Assembly (NCBI GenBank): GCA_051294375.1
Contig: CM119267.1
Coordinates: forward strand, 3,221,344 to 3,285,343
Direction of reading: 5' to 3'
Source: Paraspadella gotoi
Taxonomy: Eukaryota > Animalia > Chaetognatha
DNA: 64,000 bases
The notes under the pieces were generated by a model. That model did no database searches. It saw only the letters and a list, made by a program, of their open reading frames with translations, and had not been told where the DNA came from. The position numbers and the translations under genes were made by a program. This document shows, piece by piece, positions 1 to 12,632 of the stretch. Each line of letters starts with the position of its first letter. The first letter of the stretch is position 1.

Positions 1-473
1 TCGTCATCAATCGTCGTCCGTCATCGTCCATCATCGTCGCATGGTCCTCTTTGTCGTCGTCGTCGTCATCATCATCGTCATCGTCATCTTCGCGGTCGCT
101 CATCTACATCCGTCGTCGTCGTCGTCATGGTCCAATTTGTGTCGTTCGTCTGTCGTCGTCGTCCGTCATCGTTGTCGTCGTCGTCATCGTCGTCGTCGTC
201 ATCGTCGCCCCTCCCCTTTCCAACCCCAACAACTCGATTTCCCGTCGCGAAAATCTCTGCGAACAAAAAACCCCGAGCGTCGGATCCTTTTAATCTCCCC
301 CGTCTCGAGGGGGAAAAAAATTGACCAGGAATAACTCAATCTTGACCCGGAACGACCTGACCCGAACCCAATCTGACCTCATCTGATCCGAAAAAGGGGT
401 CTTTTTTTTTCTCGCCCGGAAACAAAAGATTCCGTCGACCGAAATATTATAATTATGACGGATGAAAAGATAA

Positions 474-756
474 TACAGTCCTGTGCAAAAAAAAAGAGGA
501 CACTCTTCAAACATTAAGGAGCGCTCATTTTAAGCACCTATTATAAAAAATTTATGAATGATAAATGTAGATTTTGAAATGGGAAATCCATATGTCTAAG
601 TTAAAAGAAAATCGGTTCAAGCATTGAAGAGCTATAGCTTCCGAAAGACAAGCGGTCAAAAAATATTCGTCATTTGAGTCACTTCGAAAGAAAACATTTT
701 TGAAGATCTGCCAAAGACCGAAGATTAGTTTTTAGCCTTAATTTATGGGCACTGTA
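474..756. mobile_element. Possible degenerate Tc1/mariner-type MITE
   Basis: TA-CAGT... left end and ...ACTG-TA right end. In the duplicate (~8004-8287), left tacagacaatgcaaaaaaagaaggc roughly matches the reverse complement of the right end (tacaaaatgccataaattaaggc). Imperfect. Confidence 0.3.
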
Positions 757-935
757 TTTATGTTTTATATGTAAATTATATATATGTGTAACATTAAAAA
801 AAATCGGTCCAGTCATTCCAGAACTACAGTACCTTAAACACAAGAGGTTAAAAATACTTATAAGTTTCAATCTTTTCCTCTCTCTTTCTTCCCCCCCCCC
901 CGGCCGTTTGATTCAAAAGGTCAAACTTGTTCGCT

Positions 936-1975
936 TTTTTTAGTGGATCTGCTTATCAGCAGATCCCGACTCTATGAATTCACTTTGTCGGTCCGTCGGT
1001 CGCGCCCCCTCAATATTGTCGGGCACACACTTATATCATGTCAGAACATCGAATTATGATAAATTATGCAAAAAAAAATTGATGTCCGTCCGTCCGTCCG
1101 TCCGTCCGTCCGTCCCACCTTAGCAAAAAAACACCAATCACTCGTGATTGGATGGATGGATTGGTATGAAATTTTTTGTGTGTTGGTAGGAAACTGTGTG
1201 ATTGAGATGGATATGAAGTTTTGAGGGAATGTGCGAGTGGAAATTGGTTTAAATGGAAAAAACAAAAAAATATTTTACTATTTGAACGCCAATGCTCATG
1301 AGTGGATAGGGCAATTGACTTGAAATTTTGTATGATGGTAGGAAAGTTGTGATTGAGCTGGATATAAAGTTCGAAGGAATCATGAGAGTGGAAATGAGTT
1401 AAAATGGAAAAAACAAAAGTCTATTTTTTACTTGAAGTATTTTTACTTAAATTTACTCATAATTATTATTTTTTAAAAATTGGATAGATAAATGAAATTG
1501 AATTTTGTGTGTGGGTAGAAAGTATGTGATGAAAGCTGGATATAAATTTTTTGATGGAATGTAGGAGTGGAAAAGAGTTCAAATTAGAAAACCAAAACAC
1601 AATTTATTTGAATTTTTTAAAGTTTCTCTCTCTCTATCTTCTCTGATTGATTGATTGATTGATTGATGTGATTGAATTGATTGATTGATTGCCAAATTAT
1701 GCAAATTGACCAAATTTGCCAAAGTTGATCAAGTTCTGCAAGTTGACCCAAATATGCAAGTTGACCAAATTCAGGCCAGTTGATAAAATTCTGCCAGTTG
1801 ACCAAATTATCGCCGGTTGACCAAATTATATCAGTAGACCAAATTAAATCAGTTAACCAAATTATGTCAGTTGACCAAATTATGCATGTTGATTAAATTA
1901 TGCAAGTTGACCAAGTTAGCTTATTACCACTTAATTATCGTAGGCAGATCCGACATTGTTTGCTCAAACTTGTTT
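936..1975 (+). mobile_element. Helentron-associated non-autonomous element (HINE/DINE-1-like), family A
   Basis: Starts in a T-run; 5' hairpin GGATCTGC-ttatca-GCAGATCC (945-966); ACTCTAT then (GTCC)n microsatellite; internal tandem repeats; 3' subterminal inverted repeat GCAGATCC (1944-1951), small hairpin GTTTG-ct-CAAAC, terminal TTGTTT. Confidence 0.75.
1690..1916 (+). repeat. ~18-bp minisatellite (AGTTGACCAAATTATGCA) inside HINE A
   Basis: About a dozen degenerate units; expanded in the duplicate (~9262-9530). Confidence 0.85.
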
Positions 1976-2214
1976 CTTTCTGTTCTTAAAGTCAATGACT
2001 GGGGAGAGACTCCTTGTTGTCTCCCATTGCAGATGGTTTCTTGTAGGTCATTGGCTTCTGTCAACGACGAAAGGATTTTTTTTTCTATTCGGTTTTGTTT
2101 TTTTGTTATTTTTTTTTTTTTTTTACTTTTTTCTTCCGAGAATAAATTTTAGCGATAAAATCTTTAATCCTGTTTTCATTATTCGAAATTAAATGAACAA
2201 AATCAATGGTTGAA

Positions 2215-2248
<34 letters not shown>

Positions 2249-3344
2249 TCCATTTTTATCGTCTTAGTGCGACGCGCAAAGTATTTCTCGATTATTCCAG
2301 AAATGAAAAATTCGCGCGAAATAATTTAGATAATATTTTTCTAAAAAAAAAACAAAAAAAAAACTAAGAAATTTCAAAATTCCAATCCCCAATTTATTCA
2401 TTATTTTATATTTGACCCGGATTTACGCTTGCCTTTTACCCTGTTGACATGATTTCACTTTGCCTTTATACTAATCATGCACAAATATACGTAGTTTTAC
2501 TCTAACCTCGGGATTCTTGGCCCAAAAGATAATAACTAAAGCCAAGTCTTTCGGAAAATACTTTTTTCCTCTTTTTTTTTTAATTAACTCTTCTACCATT
2601 TTTAGTTTTACGATTTTCTATTCTTTTTCATTCGTTATTTATTCACTTTATTTATCTCTGTTACTCATTTTTTTTTCCCCCGACGCGATTTTTCCAACCG
2701 TGAATTCGTTCACAACCGTTTCCCTCGACCGTGATTCGCTTCGATTCACATCCGTGAGTCCGTGACTGACTGACCGACCGAGAAAGTCCGACGCCGATGG
2801 AAATTCTTTCTCTCTCGACTTTAAAAGAGAGAGATATAAAAAAATTTTTCAACGTCAAAAAACGAAAGAAACGCTAATTCTCCAAAAATGCCAAAACGCA
2901 ATGCAACCGCGCGCAGCAACTGCAATGCGAAACCAGCACGCGAAAAGACAACCTGAGAATTTGATGCCTCTCTCTCTCTCTCTTCCTCTCACCAGTCTCT
3001 TCCTCTCTCTCCTCTCTCTCTCTCTCTCTGCTTGAAATCGATTACGCGAAAGCTTGAAAGGGAAGCGTCCTTCCCCACGCGGTTCCATCTCCCCCGCCCC
3101 CTCTTCTGCTTCACCCCTCAAACACTCACGCGATTCCATCTCATCTTCAAAGCAAAGGAAATGGAAAATTGACCCAAACGACAGATAAACTGAAAGAAAA
3201 CTGAACAGAAAACCGAACAGAAAACGAAATTAACATCCGCCCGCAAATTTTTTTTTCGTTGATGTCAATTCATGGATTCATAAAATATCTTTACATGAAT
3301 TGACGGTTCATCAAAAAGAGTTGGCTACTTTCAAGCTTTGAGTG

Positions 3345-3375
<31 letters not shown>

Positions 3376-3411
3376 GAAGGAGAGAGAGAGAGAGAGAGCA
3401 GGAGAGAGAGA

Positions 3412-3444
<33 letters not shown>

Positions 3445-4339
3445 GAGAACGCGATATCCGGTTTTTCTTTTCTGCTTGTTCTCGTTTTTTCCGTCCTTTT
3501 ATTATCTTTTTTCCTTCTTTCCTTCTCTTTTTTTTCTCCTCTTCTTTTCTTTTTTCATCCTTTTCTATTCTTTTTTCGTCCTTTTCTATTCTTTTTTTCT
3601 CCTTCATTATCTTTTTTCCTTCTTTCCTCTCCTTTTTTTCCTCCTCTTCTCTTTTTTTCCTCTTTTTCTTATCTTTTTTCGCTGCTAATATTTGCCCCGC
3701 GCCATCTCTCTTTGGCTTTTCCATCTTTCCCGCCAAAGCTCCTTCTTCCCAATCAGCATGAGAGAAAAAATAGATTTTTCTTTCCTTTTGGCTCATGAAA
3801 GGGATTTTTTCTTTTTGTATTTGACCATGACGAAATACAAGACTAATATATATATTTTTTACAATGTTCTTATAGACTTTTTATGTTACTTAGTTACATA
3901 ACGTATGTTGCACCAAATAATGATAAAAATAACAGACAGAAAAGGATCTTTCTTTCTTTTTTCATTCATATTTTTCTTTCTTATCTTCTTTCTATCTTCT
4001 TTTCTCTTAATCTCCGTTCGAACTTTCCCCCATATTTCCCAAATTGCCGCCCACTCCATCACGCTGCAAAAAAAAGAAAACTTCACAATTCATTCATTCT
4101 TCCTCATTCATCTTTTTACAGAAAAAAAAAGAAAAAAAAAGAAAATAGTTTTTCACTTTTCTCTTCTCTTTTTTTTTGTTCTTTTTGTCAAATTGGAATC
4201 AAAACTAAGGACGAACTTTTTTTTTCTTTTTAATATCTGTCGACGCAAAACGAGAAAACAAAAAAGCCAAGAACGCTCTTTCATTCAAAAAGCAGAAACG
4301 CTCTTTCATTTTCCGTATTCATGGCGAAATGTGACTCCT

Positions 4340-4640
4340 TTTTTATTTGCGCCGCGAAGTATTTCGCGAGCCACTCTATAAGTCACTTTCGGTCGGTCGG
4401 TCGTTCGCTATTATCTGTCCGTAGGTCTGTCCCACTTAACGTTAAAAATGCATATAATTGTCTATAGTTCATGATGCTATTTGTTAAGACAGAAAAAAAC
4501 CTAAATCTAAGAGTCTGCTAGTGCATGTATATGTCATCTAGCGTCATGGCCATGTAAATGTCATGGTCATGTCATGTCATGAAAATACACGTGATAAGGA
4601 GTCACTGCGGCGCAACACATTTCAATTACCGTTCTGTTTT
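4340..4640 (+). mobile_element. HINE/DINE-like element, family B
   Basis: 5' TTGCGCCGC and 3' GCGGCGCAAC subterminal inverted repeats; CTCTATAAG followed by (GTCG)n; T-rich ends; homologous to 12358, 22030 and 59418. Confidence 0.7.
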
Positions 4641-6987
4641 TTTTCTTTTTTTTCTCCTTTTTTTTTCGTCTTTTGTTTTGTTTTGTTTCGGCGTTCAATA
4701 ATTTTTTTGCTTTTTTTCGTTCCCTCTCGTGTCCTACTTTCTTTTCTTCCATTCGTATTCATTGTAAAACTTTAGCTTCGAATTTTGTGAATTCAAAACA
4801 GTTTTTTTTCTTCTTTAATATTTTTCAATCCAATTATTTATTTTCTTTCTTTTAAAAAAACCCAATTGATCTTCGTTTATTTTCTAATTCAGAATTATTT
4901 CGTCGCTTCCCCCCCAATCCACCCCCCCCCCCAATCCGCCCCCCCATTTCTTAACCTTCCGTTCAGCTTAACTCAGTCTCGTGCCGTGTCGTCCCGTAGC
5001 GTCACGTGACATAGAGTACCGTAGCGTCACGTGAAGTTCCCGAAGCGCAAGCTTGCTACGTCTTTGACTTCAAATTCCCTAATGTCGCGCGGAGGATTTT
5101 TTTTTTTTTTTTAAGCGCAGAAATTCACAGTGCGGGTTTAGCCGGTTCGCGCCATCTGTAATTTTTACATAAACCAAACCGATGCGCGCAGATTGCACGC
5201 ACCAAACCGCCGCGAGTAATTCGCACATGCACGCTTTGTCCCTTAGATTCAACGAGATTAAATCTTAAAGAAAGAAAAAAGTTCAAACGGTGAGAATCTG
5301 GGTCAGAAAGGCGAAGATTTCACGCGGAGAAAAAAAAAAAAGAATCCGTGATTTCGCGAAGACGTGATTATGAGAAAAGAAGGGATGTGACGCGAAGGCG
5401 TGGCGGAGATATGATAGAAAAAGAAGGAGACGTGATAAGATAAGGAGAGAAGTTCAATTCGATAAATGGATAAGGAGTGAATAAAAGTGGGACAGGAAAG
5501 AGACACGTGACTCGGTTGTGATAACGTGAAATATCGAAGAGGGGCGGTGAGATGGAAAAGATATGGAACGATGCAATTTAAGAGAGGGAATGCAAATACA
5601 GGGTGGAAAGAGAAATACAGGGTGGTAAGCAAACTACAGTAAAACGCTTCTCCTTTGTTAAATCGGCCGCTGATATGAGGATAAGCTAGATTGTCGCGAT
5701 ATGAGTGTTGAGTAAATTGGCTTAAGACGACAACGGACGACAACGACGTCGACGACGACGCCGACACGACCCAAAAAAAAGAAGACATCGATCGATTTTT
5801 CTGCGTCTTCCCTGACATCTGGCATTCTGCAATTTTCCATTTTTGTAATCTCAAAACTTTTTCGTTGGAATCGTTCTAATTTGATTTCGATGAAATTGAT
5901 ACAGATAAAACATATAAAAACCAATTATATTTCTTGCCCCTGATTCGGATCGGGTTATCCGTGGTTTAAGCCTGTATCACTGTTACAAGAAAATTACATA
6001 GCAGGACGCGCAGCAAGCTTTTAATCAAGAGAAGTCTCACAGTCTAAGTTTAGTCACTTCCAAGTCAATGAAAGTGGTTATATAATAAATAATAAAATAT
6101 AATATAATAAAGGTTAATATAAAATTTCAAAAGAATGTTTAAACTCACTTAAAGTATAAGATCATGGAATATTCAATATTCTACTACCGCACAAGCATCT
6201 AAATACAATGAACTGAATTTTTACGAAATTGTTACAACCAATATAAAAATAATCCATTAATTTTATAAATAAGACTATGCGTAACCCCTCTTATTTGGAC
6301 AATTTGTGTTCAATTTGAGATTCAATTTGTGCTGAGCGGTTGTTAACAGAACCACGCATTTCTTTCTTGCGAGCAATTCTTGCAATTTATTGCGTCACAA
6401 ACTCGGGAGGCTTTCAACGAACCAACTGCAACGAACGCAACTGGCAACGACCAAGAGCAACGAATCGGATGCCAAGTCACGTCGCCTCTAGAATCGTACA
6501 TCCGGGTCAGAACCGGAAGTAGAGATGACGTCTCCGCGAAAGAGACGACAACGCGGATGTACAAGATGGATTTAAAGAATTGGCGCCATTAGTATAGATG
6601 AATCCTAGGACGAGAATGACGACGCGACGGGACGATGAAGACGATACAACGACGACCGAACAAAGTAGAAATGACCAAAACGACGAACCGAATTCTGAGT
6701 GCTCTCTTCTTCTTTTCGCGCGGTGAGGGACAGAAATGTCACGCCGCCCTCGAGATTTCGTGGCTTCGCGTCCCGCGGAATGTCACGATCAGTCACGTGA
6801 ACCATGTCACGCTCGCGTTACGGGACACATGTCCACGCATTTCGTCCCGAATCGGAGAAGGACAAGATTTTTTTGGGAACTGGAATGTCACAAGACAAAT
6901 TTTCTCGTTTGACTAATGACTATCGGTGAAATGAAATGATTATTTATGATTGATGATAAACGAAATCAAGAGAAAAAAATTGATTGA

Positions 6988-7031
<44 letters not shown>

Positions 7032-8479
7032 AAATAAATAAATAATAATAAATAAATAAATAAATAAAAAATTAATTAATTAATTATTAATTACATTAAT
7101 TAATTAATTACTACAATTTCTCTATTTAATAACAGAATATAAGACAACTAAAGGAAACAATTTTCAGTGGAAAAGAAAATAAAAAGTTAAAAAAAACCAA
7201 ATGATTCTGTTGGAATCGTTTTGGTGAGGAGATGAAGCGTTTTCTCAAAAAACTCTGCCTTCATCGACCGGATTCGACACAACGAACAACAATTACAGGT
7301 TTTAATTGTCATTAATACTGGTAATATCATTGTCCTTGCCTCGTCGTTGTCCTCGGCGCTTTTTGTTCGAAATATTCCTTGGTCCTTTTCTGTCTTAATT
7401 TTGTCATTGGTCATCATCGTTTTTTACGTTCCATTTTTTTCGTCTCTTCGTCGTCGTCATCGTCCGTCGTCGTCCTCTTGGTCATCGTCGTCGTCGTCAT
7501 CGTCATCTCGCCGTCGTCATCGTCATCAATCCGTCGTCATGGTCCTCTTTGTCGTCGTCGTCGTCATCATCATTCGTCATCGTCATCTTCGTGGTCGTCC
7601 ATCGTATTCTTCGCCGTCGTCATCATCGTCGTCGTCCGTCCGTCATGGTCCAATTTGTCGCGTCGTTGTTCGTCTCGTCCCATCGTTGTCGTCGTCGTCA
7701 TCGTCGTCGTCGTCATCGTCGCCCCTCCCCTTTCCAACCCCAACAACTCGATTTCCCGTCGCGAAAATCTCTGCGAACAAAAAAAACCCCGAGCGTCGAT
7801 CCTTTTAATCTCCCCCGTCTCGAGGGGGAAAAAAATTGACCAGGAATAATCAATCTTGAACCGCGGAACGACCTGACCCGAACCCAATCTGACCTCATCT
7901 GATCCGAAAAAGGGGTCTGTTTTTTTTTCTCGCCCGGAAACAAAAGATTCCGGTCGACCGAAATATTATAATTTATGACGGATGAAAGAGATAATAAAGA
8001 CAATACAGACAATGCAAAAAAAAGAAGGCACTCTATCAAAATTAAGGAGCGCTCATTTTACGGCACATATTATAAAATGTATGAATGATAAAGTAGATTT
8101 TGAAATGGGAAATTCATATGTCTTTAAGTTAAAAAGAAATCGGTTCAAGCATTGAAGAGCTATAGCTTTCCGAAAGACAAGCGTCAAAAAACATTCGTCA
8201 TTTGAGTCGCTTCGAAACAAAACAATTTTTGAGATCTGCCAAAAACCGAAGATTTAAGTTTTTAGCCTTAATTTATGGCATTTTGTATTTATGTTTTATA
8301 TGTAAATTATATATATGTTTTTGTAACAGTTAAAAAAATAACGGTCCAAGTCATTCCAGGACTACAGTACCTTAGAACACAAGAGGTTTAAAAATTACTT
8401 ATAAGTTTTCAATCTTTTCCTCTCTCTCTTCTTCCCCCCCCCCTCGGCCGTTTGATTAAAAGGTTCAAACTTGTTCGCT

Positions 8480-9589
8480 TTTTTTTTAGGTGGATTGCTT
8501 ATCAAGCAGATACCGATCTCTATATTACTTTGTCGGTCCTTCGGTCGCGCCCCCTCAATATTGTCGGGCACACACTTATAATCATGTCGAATATCGAATT
8601 ATGAATTAAATTATGCAAAAAAAATTGTCCTTATCGTCCGTCCGTCGTCCGTCCGTCCGTCCGTCCCACCTTAGCAAAAAAACACCAATCACTACGTGAT
8701 TGGTATGGATGGATTGGTATGAAATTTGTGTGTTTGGTAGGAAACTGTGTTGATTGAGATGGATATGAAGTTTTAGAGGAATTGTGCGAGTGAAATTGGT
8801 TTAATGAAAAAACAAAAAAATATATTTTCACTATTTGAACGCCAATCTGCTCATGAGTGGATTAGGGCAATTGACTTGAAATTTTGTATGATGGTAGGAA
8901 AGTTGTGATTGAGCTGGATATAAAGTTCGAGGAATCTGAGAGTGGAATGAGTTAAAATGGAAAAAACAAAAGTCTTATTTTTTACTTGAAAGTATTTTTA
9001 CTTAAATTTACTCATAATTATTATTTTTTAAAAATTGGATAGTATAATGAAATTGAATTTTGTGTGTGGGTAGAAAGTATGTGATAAGCTGGATATAAAT
9101 TTTTGATGGAATGTAGGAGTGGAAAAGAGTTCAATTAGAAACCAAAACACAATTTATTTGAATTTTTTAAAAGTTTCTCTCTCTCTATCTTCTCTGATTG
9201 ATTTGATTGATTGATCTTGATTGAATGATTGATTGATTGATTGAATGATTGATTGAAATTATTGACCAAAAATATGCCAGTTGACCAAATTGACGCAAAT
9301 TTGCAAAGTTGATCAAGTTCTGCAAGTTGACCCAACATATTGCAAGTTGACCAAATTAGGCCAGTTGATAAAATTTGCCAGTTGACCAAATTATCCCGGT
9401 TGACCAAATTACTTAATGATTCAAATTATGTCAGTTGACCAAATTAATCAGTAGACCAAATTAATCAGTTAACAAATTATGTCAGTTGACCAATTATGCA
9501 TGTTGATTAAATTATGCAAGTTGACAAAGTTAGCTTATTACCACTTAATTATCGTAGGCAGATCCGACATTGTTTGCTCAAACTTGTTT
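8480..9589 (+). mobile_element. HINE family A, copy within the duplicated segment
   Basis: Same termini and internal repeats as 936-1975, with indel noise. Confidence 0.7.
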
Positions 9590-10829
9590 CTTTCTGTTCT
9601 TAAGTCAATGATTGGGAGAGACTCCTTGTTGTCTCCCATTGCAGATGTTTCTTGTAGTCATTGGCTTCTGTCAACGACGAAAGGATTTTTTTTTCTATTC
9701 GGTTTTGTTTTTTTTTTTTTTTTTTTTTACTTTTTCTTCCGAAAATAAATTTTAGCGATAAAAATCTTTAATCCTGTTTTCATTATTCGAAATTAAATGA
9801 ACAAAATCAATGGTTGAAGGCGTCGTCGTCGTGTCGTCGTCGTCCGTCGTCTCCATTTTTATCGTCTTAGTGCGAGCGCAAAGTATTTCTCGATTATTCC
9901 AGAAATGAAAAATTCGCGCGAAATAATTTAGATAATATTTTTCTAAAAAAAAAAAAAAAAAAAACTAAGAAATTTCAAAATTCCATCCCCAATTTATTCA
10001 TTATTTTATATTTGACCCGGATTTACGCTTGCCTTTACCCTGTGACATGATTTCACTTTGCCTTATACTAATCATGCACAAATATACGTAGTTTTACTCT
10101 AACCTCGGGATTCTTGGCCCAAAAGATAATAACTAAGCCAAGTCTTCCGGAAAATACTTTTTTCCTCTTTTTTTTTAATTAACTCTTCTACCTTTTTTAG
10201 TTTTCGATTTTCTATTCTTTTCATTCGTTATTTATTCACTTTATTATCTCTGTTACTCATTTTTTTTCCCCCCGACGCGATTTTTCCAACCGTGAATTCG
10301 TTCACAACCGTTTCCCTCGACGTGATTCGCTTCGATTCACATCCGTGAGTCCGTGACTGACTGACCGACCGAGAAAGTCCGACGCCGATGGAAATCCTTC
10401 TCTCTCGACTTTTACAACTTCTCTGCGTGCGAGCTGCTCCCAAGGCTCCCCTTGAATTCAACCTTTCCCCCCCCCTCTTCCTTTNNNNNNNNNNNNNNNN
10501 NNNNNNNNNTCGTCGCTTTTCAACTTCTCTGCCCCCCCCCCATGGAATTCAACGCTTCCCCCCCTCTTCCTTTTTTCTTTCCTGACTCCTATTTTACGCG
10601 TTCAAGTCAGAGTCATGTTCGAGTTTATATTTAGAATCTGTAAGTCTCTCTGTCCGTTCGTTGGTTAAAATAAGTGTTTATATTCACTCTAATCGTAAAA
10701 TATGTTATGATTTTTAGTTTAGATTATTGATTTTAAAGTCCGATCGAATTAGTATACGTTAAGAAATTAAATAATTTTCAAAAAATATCTATTACACAAC
10801 TGTTGGGATAAATTTTTGCGATTATGGAA

Positions 10830-10903
<74 letters not shown>

Positions 10904-12357
10904 TTCACTGGATGTTTTTCCCTCCTCTCAACATATTAAAGCTCCCTTCACATAACCTTTTTTCTCGCCTTTCAACGTTTTTTTTTCTTTTCACTCGTTT
11001 TTTGGCAAAACCACGGAATATATGTTCCACTTTTCTTCTTTCTTTCTTTCTTTTTCTTTATTGGCTTTCTTTCCTTTTTTCTTTCTATTCTTTTTTTCTT
11101 TTTCTTTCTTTCTTTTCTTTCTTTCTTCTTTCTTCTTCTTATTTGTGATTTTAGTTAAAATATAAATCCCCACAAAAAAATCAAGATTCTTCCGTCTTTT
11201 CTCCACGCACTAAGAAAGAAAGAAAAAGATTATAAGAAAGAACGAGAAGAAGAGTGGAGAGAGAGTGAGAGGAGGAGAGAGAGAGAGAGAGAGAGGAAGA
11301 GAGAGAGAAGAGAGAGAGAGAGAGAGAAAGAGAAAGAAAGAGAGGAGAGAGAGATAGAGAGAGTATTGTAACTCGATAAAAGGCAGAGTGGGAATCGATT
11401 CGAAACACGGAAAGAATTCATAAATTTTGTTTCTTCCTTAAAGTTGCTTCAGTTGTTGAGCTGTGGGAAATTTTTGTGCTTTGCTCCAGTTAGGTGTTCG
11501 ATTTGATGCTAACCGTTTCTTTCTGTCGCACAAAATGCTGGAGCTTATATGCATCGCGGCGTTATTAATTTACTTTTGTGTTCAATATTAAACCTGCTAT
11601 TGAATTAAGCGGTTCTCTTTTATCTAGATTTCCAAGAATATTATTTTTATCTGCCAATGTAATTATGGTTTTTCCCCCCTATTTTTTCCTTTAAAATGCT
11701 AGACCGACTGACTGACCTTGTTTTTCATTCTCATCGGTGCTTCATTTGCTTTTTCTATTTTATGATCCGTTTCATTGTTTCGGTCTCAAGTCCAGAGGTG
11801 TCGCCACGGAAAAATCGTCACGCGACCGCGAAAAACGTAACTTTTTTTAATTTTCGCGGGTTTATTTTTCCCACCTTTACGGAGAAAAAGAGAGGAAAAC
11901 GACGGACGACGGACGACGACGACGCGACGACGACACACTAATTTCCAGGGAAGGAACTCGAAACAAAAAAAGTATCGACAAGAAAAAAATCTCTATCAGT
12001 TAAAAAAAATTTAATGACAGAAAAAAATAGATTTTGCTTCCGATTCATAAAGTTTTAAGTTTTAATACTAAAAGATCATCACATTTGATAATGATCGTCA
12101 TTTTCAAAAGTTTCAAAAGATTTCCTACAATTCCCCTTTTTCTATTTTCTTTTTTTTTAAAGATTTCATTTTTTATATTTTTTTAAATTTTTTTCGTACG
12201 GAATTTGTTTCTCTTTTAAATTTTTTTTTTTTTTTTTCATTTTTCAAATCTTTTTTTTAAAAAAATCTGTTTCGACTTAAAAAGCGAGGAAAATCGTCGC
12301 CTTTTGTTCGACGAATTCTGCGTTCCCTTTTTGTTTCTTCTTCTTTTTTAAAATCGG

Positions 12358-12632
12358 TTTTTAGTTGCGCCGCGAGTACTGCGAGCAACTCTCGGTCGGT
12401 CTGTTCTTGTGGTCGTCCATCTGTCGTCGGTCTGTTCCCACTACGTTAAAAATGCATATATTTGCCTAAATTGGTTGCTCATTTATTTAGACAGAAAAAA
12501 ATCCAAAATTCTAAGAGACTGCTAACGCCGCCTTCAGGGATTAATAATTCATAAGGAATAAAAAAAACCTAATGTGATCAAGGTAAATAAAGTCACTGCG
12601 GCGCAACACATTTGAATCACCGTTTCTTGTTT
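12358..12632 (+). mobile_element. HINE/DINE-like element, family B
   Basis: GTTGCGCCGC (12364-12373) / GCGGCGCAAC (12598-12607) inverted pair; GTCG/GTCT microsatellite; shared core aaaaatgcatata...ttggttgctcattt...agacagaaaaaa...ctaagagactgcta. Confidence 0.72.

Larger units (their letters stand above)
1..10412 (+). repeat. Direct duplication: 1-2822 repeated at ~7500-10412
   Basis: Collinear sequence throughout; diverges after ...ctctctcgacttt, shortly before the 25-N gap at 10485. Confidence 0.95.

Noticed and set aside
322-392. Repeated TGACC as in-frame UGA recoding or nuclear-receptor half-sites
   Set aside because: Another frame reads LTRNNSILTRNDLTRTQSDLI without recoding; no SECIS identified; spacing irregular.
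3311-4855. Many ORFs rich in SLSL, ERER and FFLF (also throughout the window)
   Set aside because: Translations of (GA)n and T/C-rich simple repeats; no domain features.
5640-7450. GC-richer patches that may be exons (5640-5830, 6340-6600, 7150-7450)
   Set aside because: Several frames open on both strands, no recognisable product or consistent splice model.
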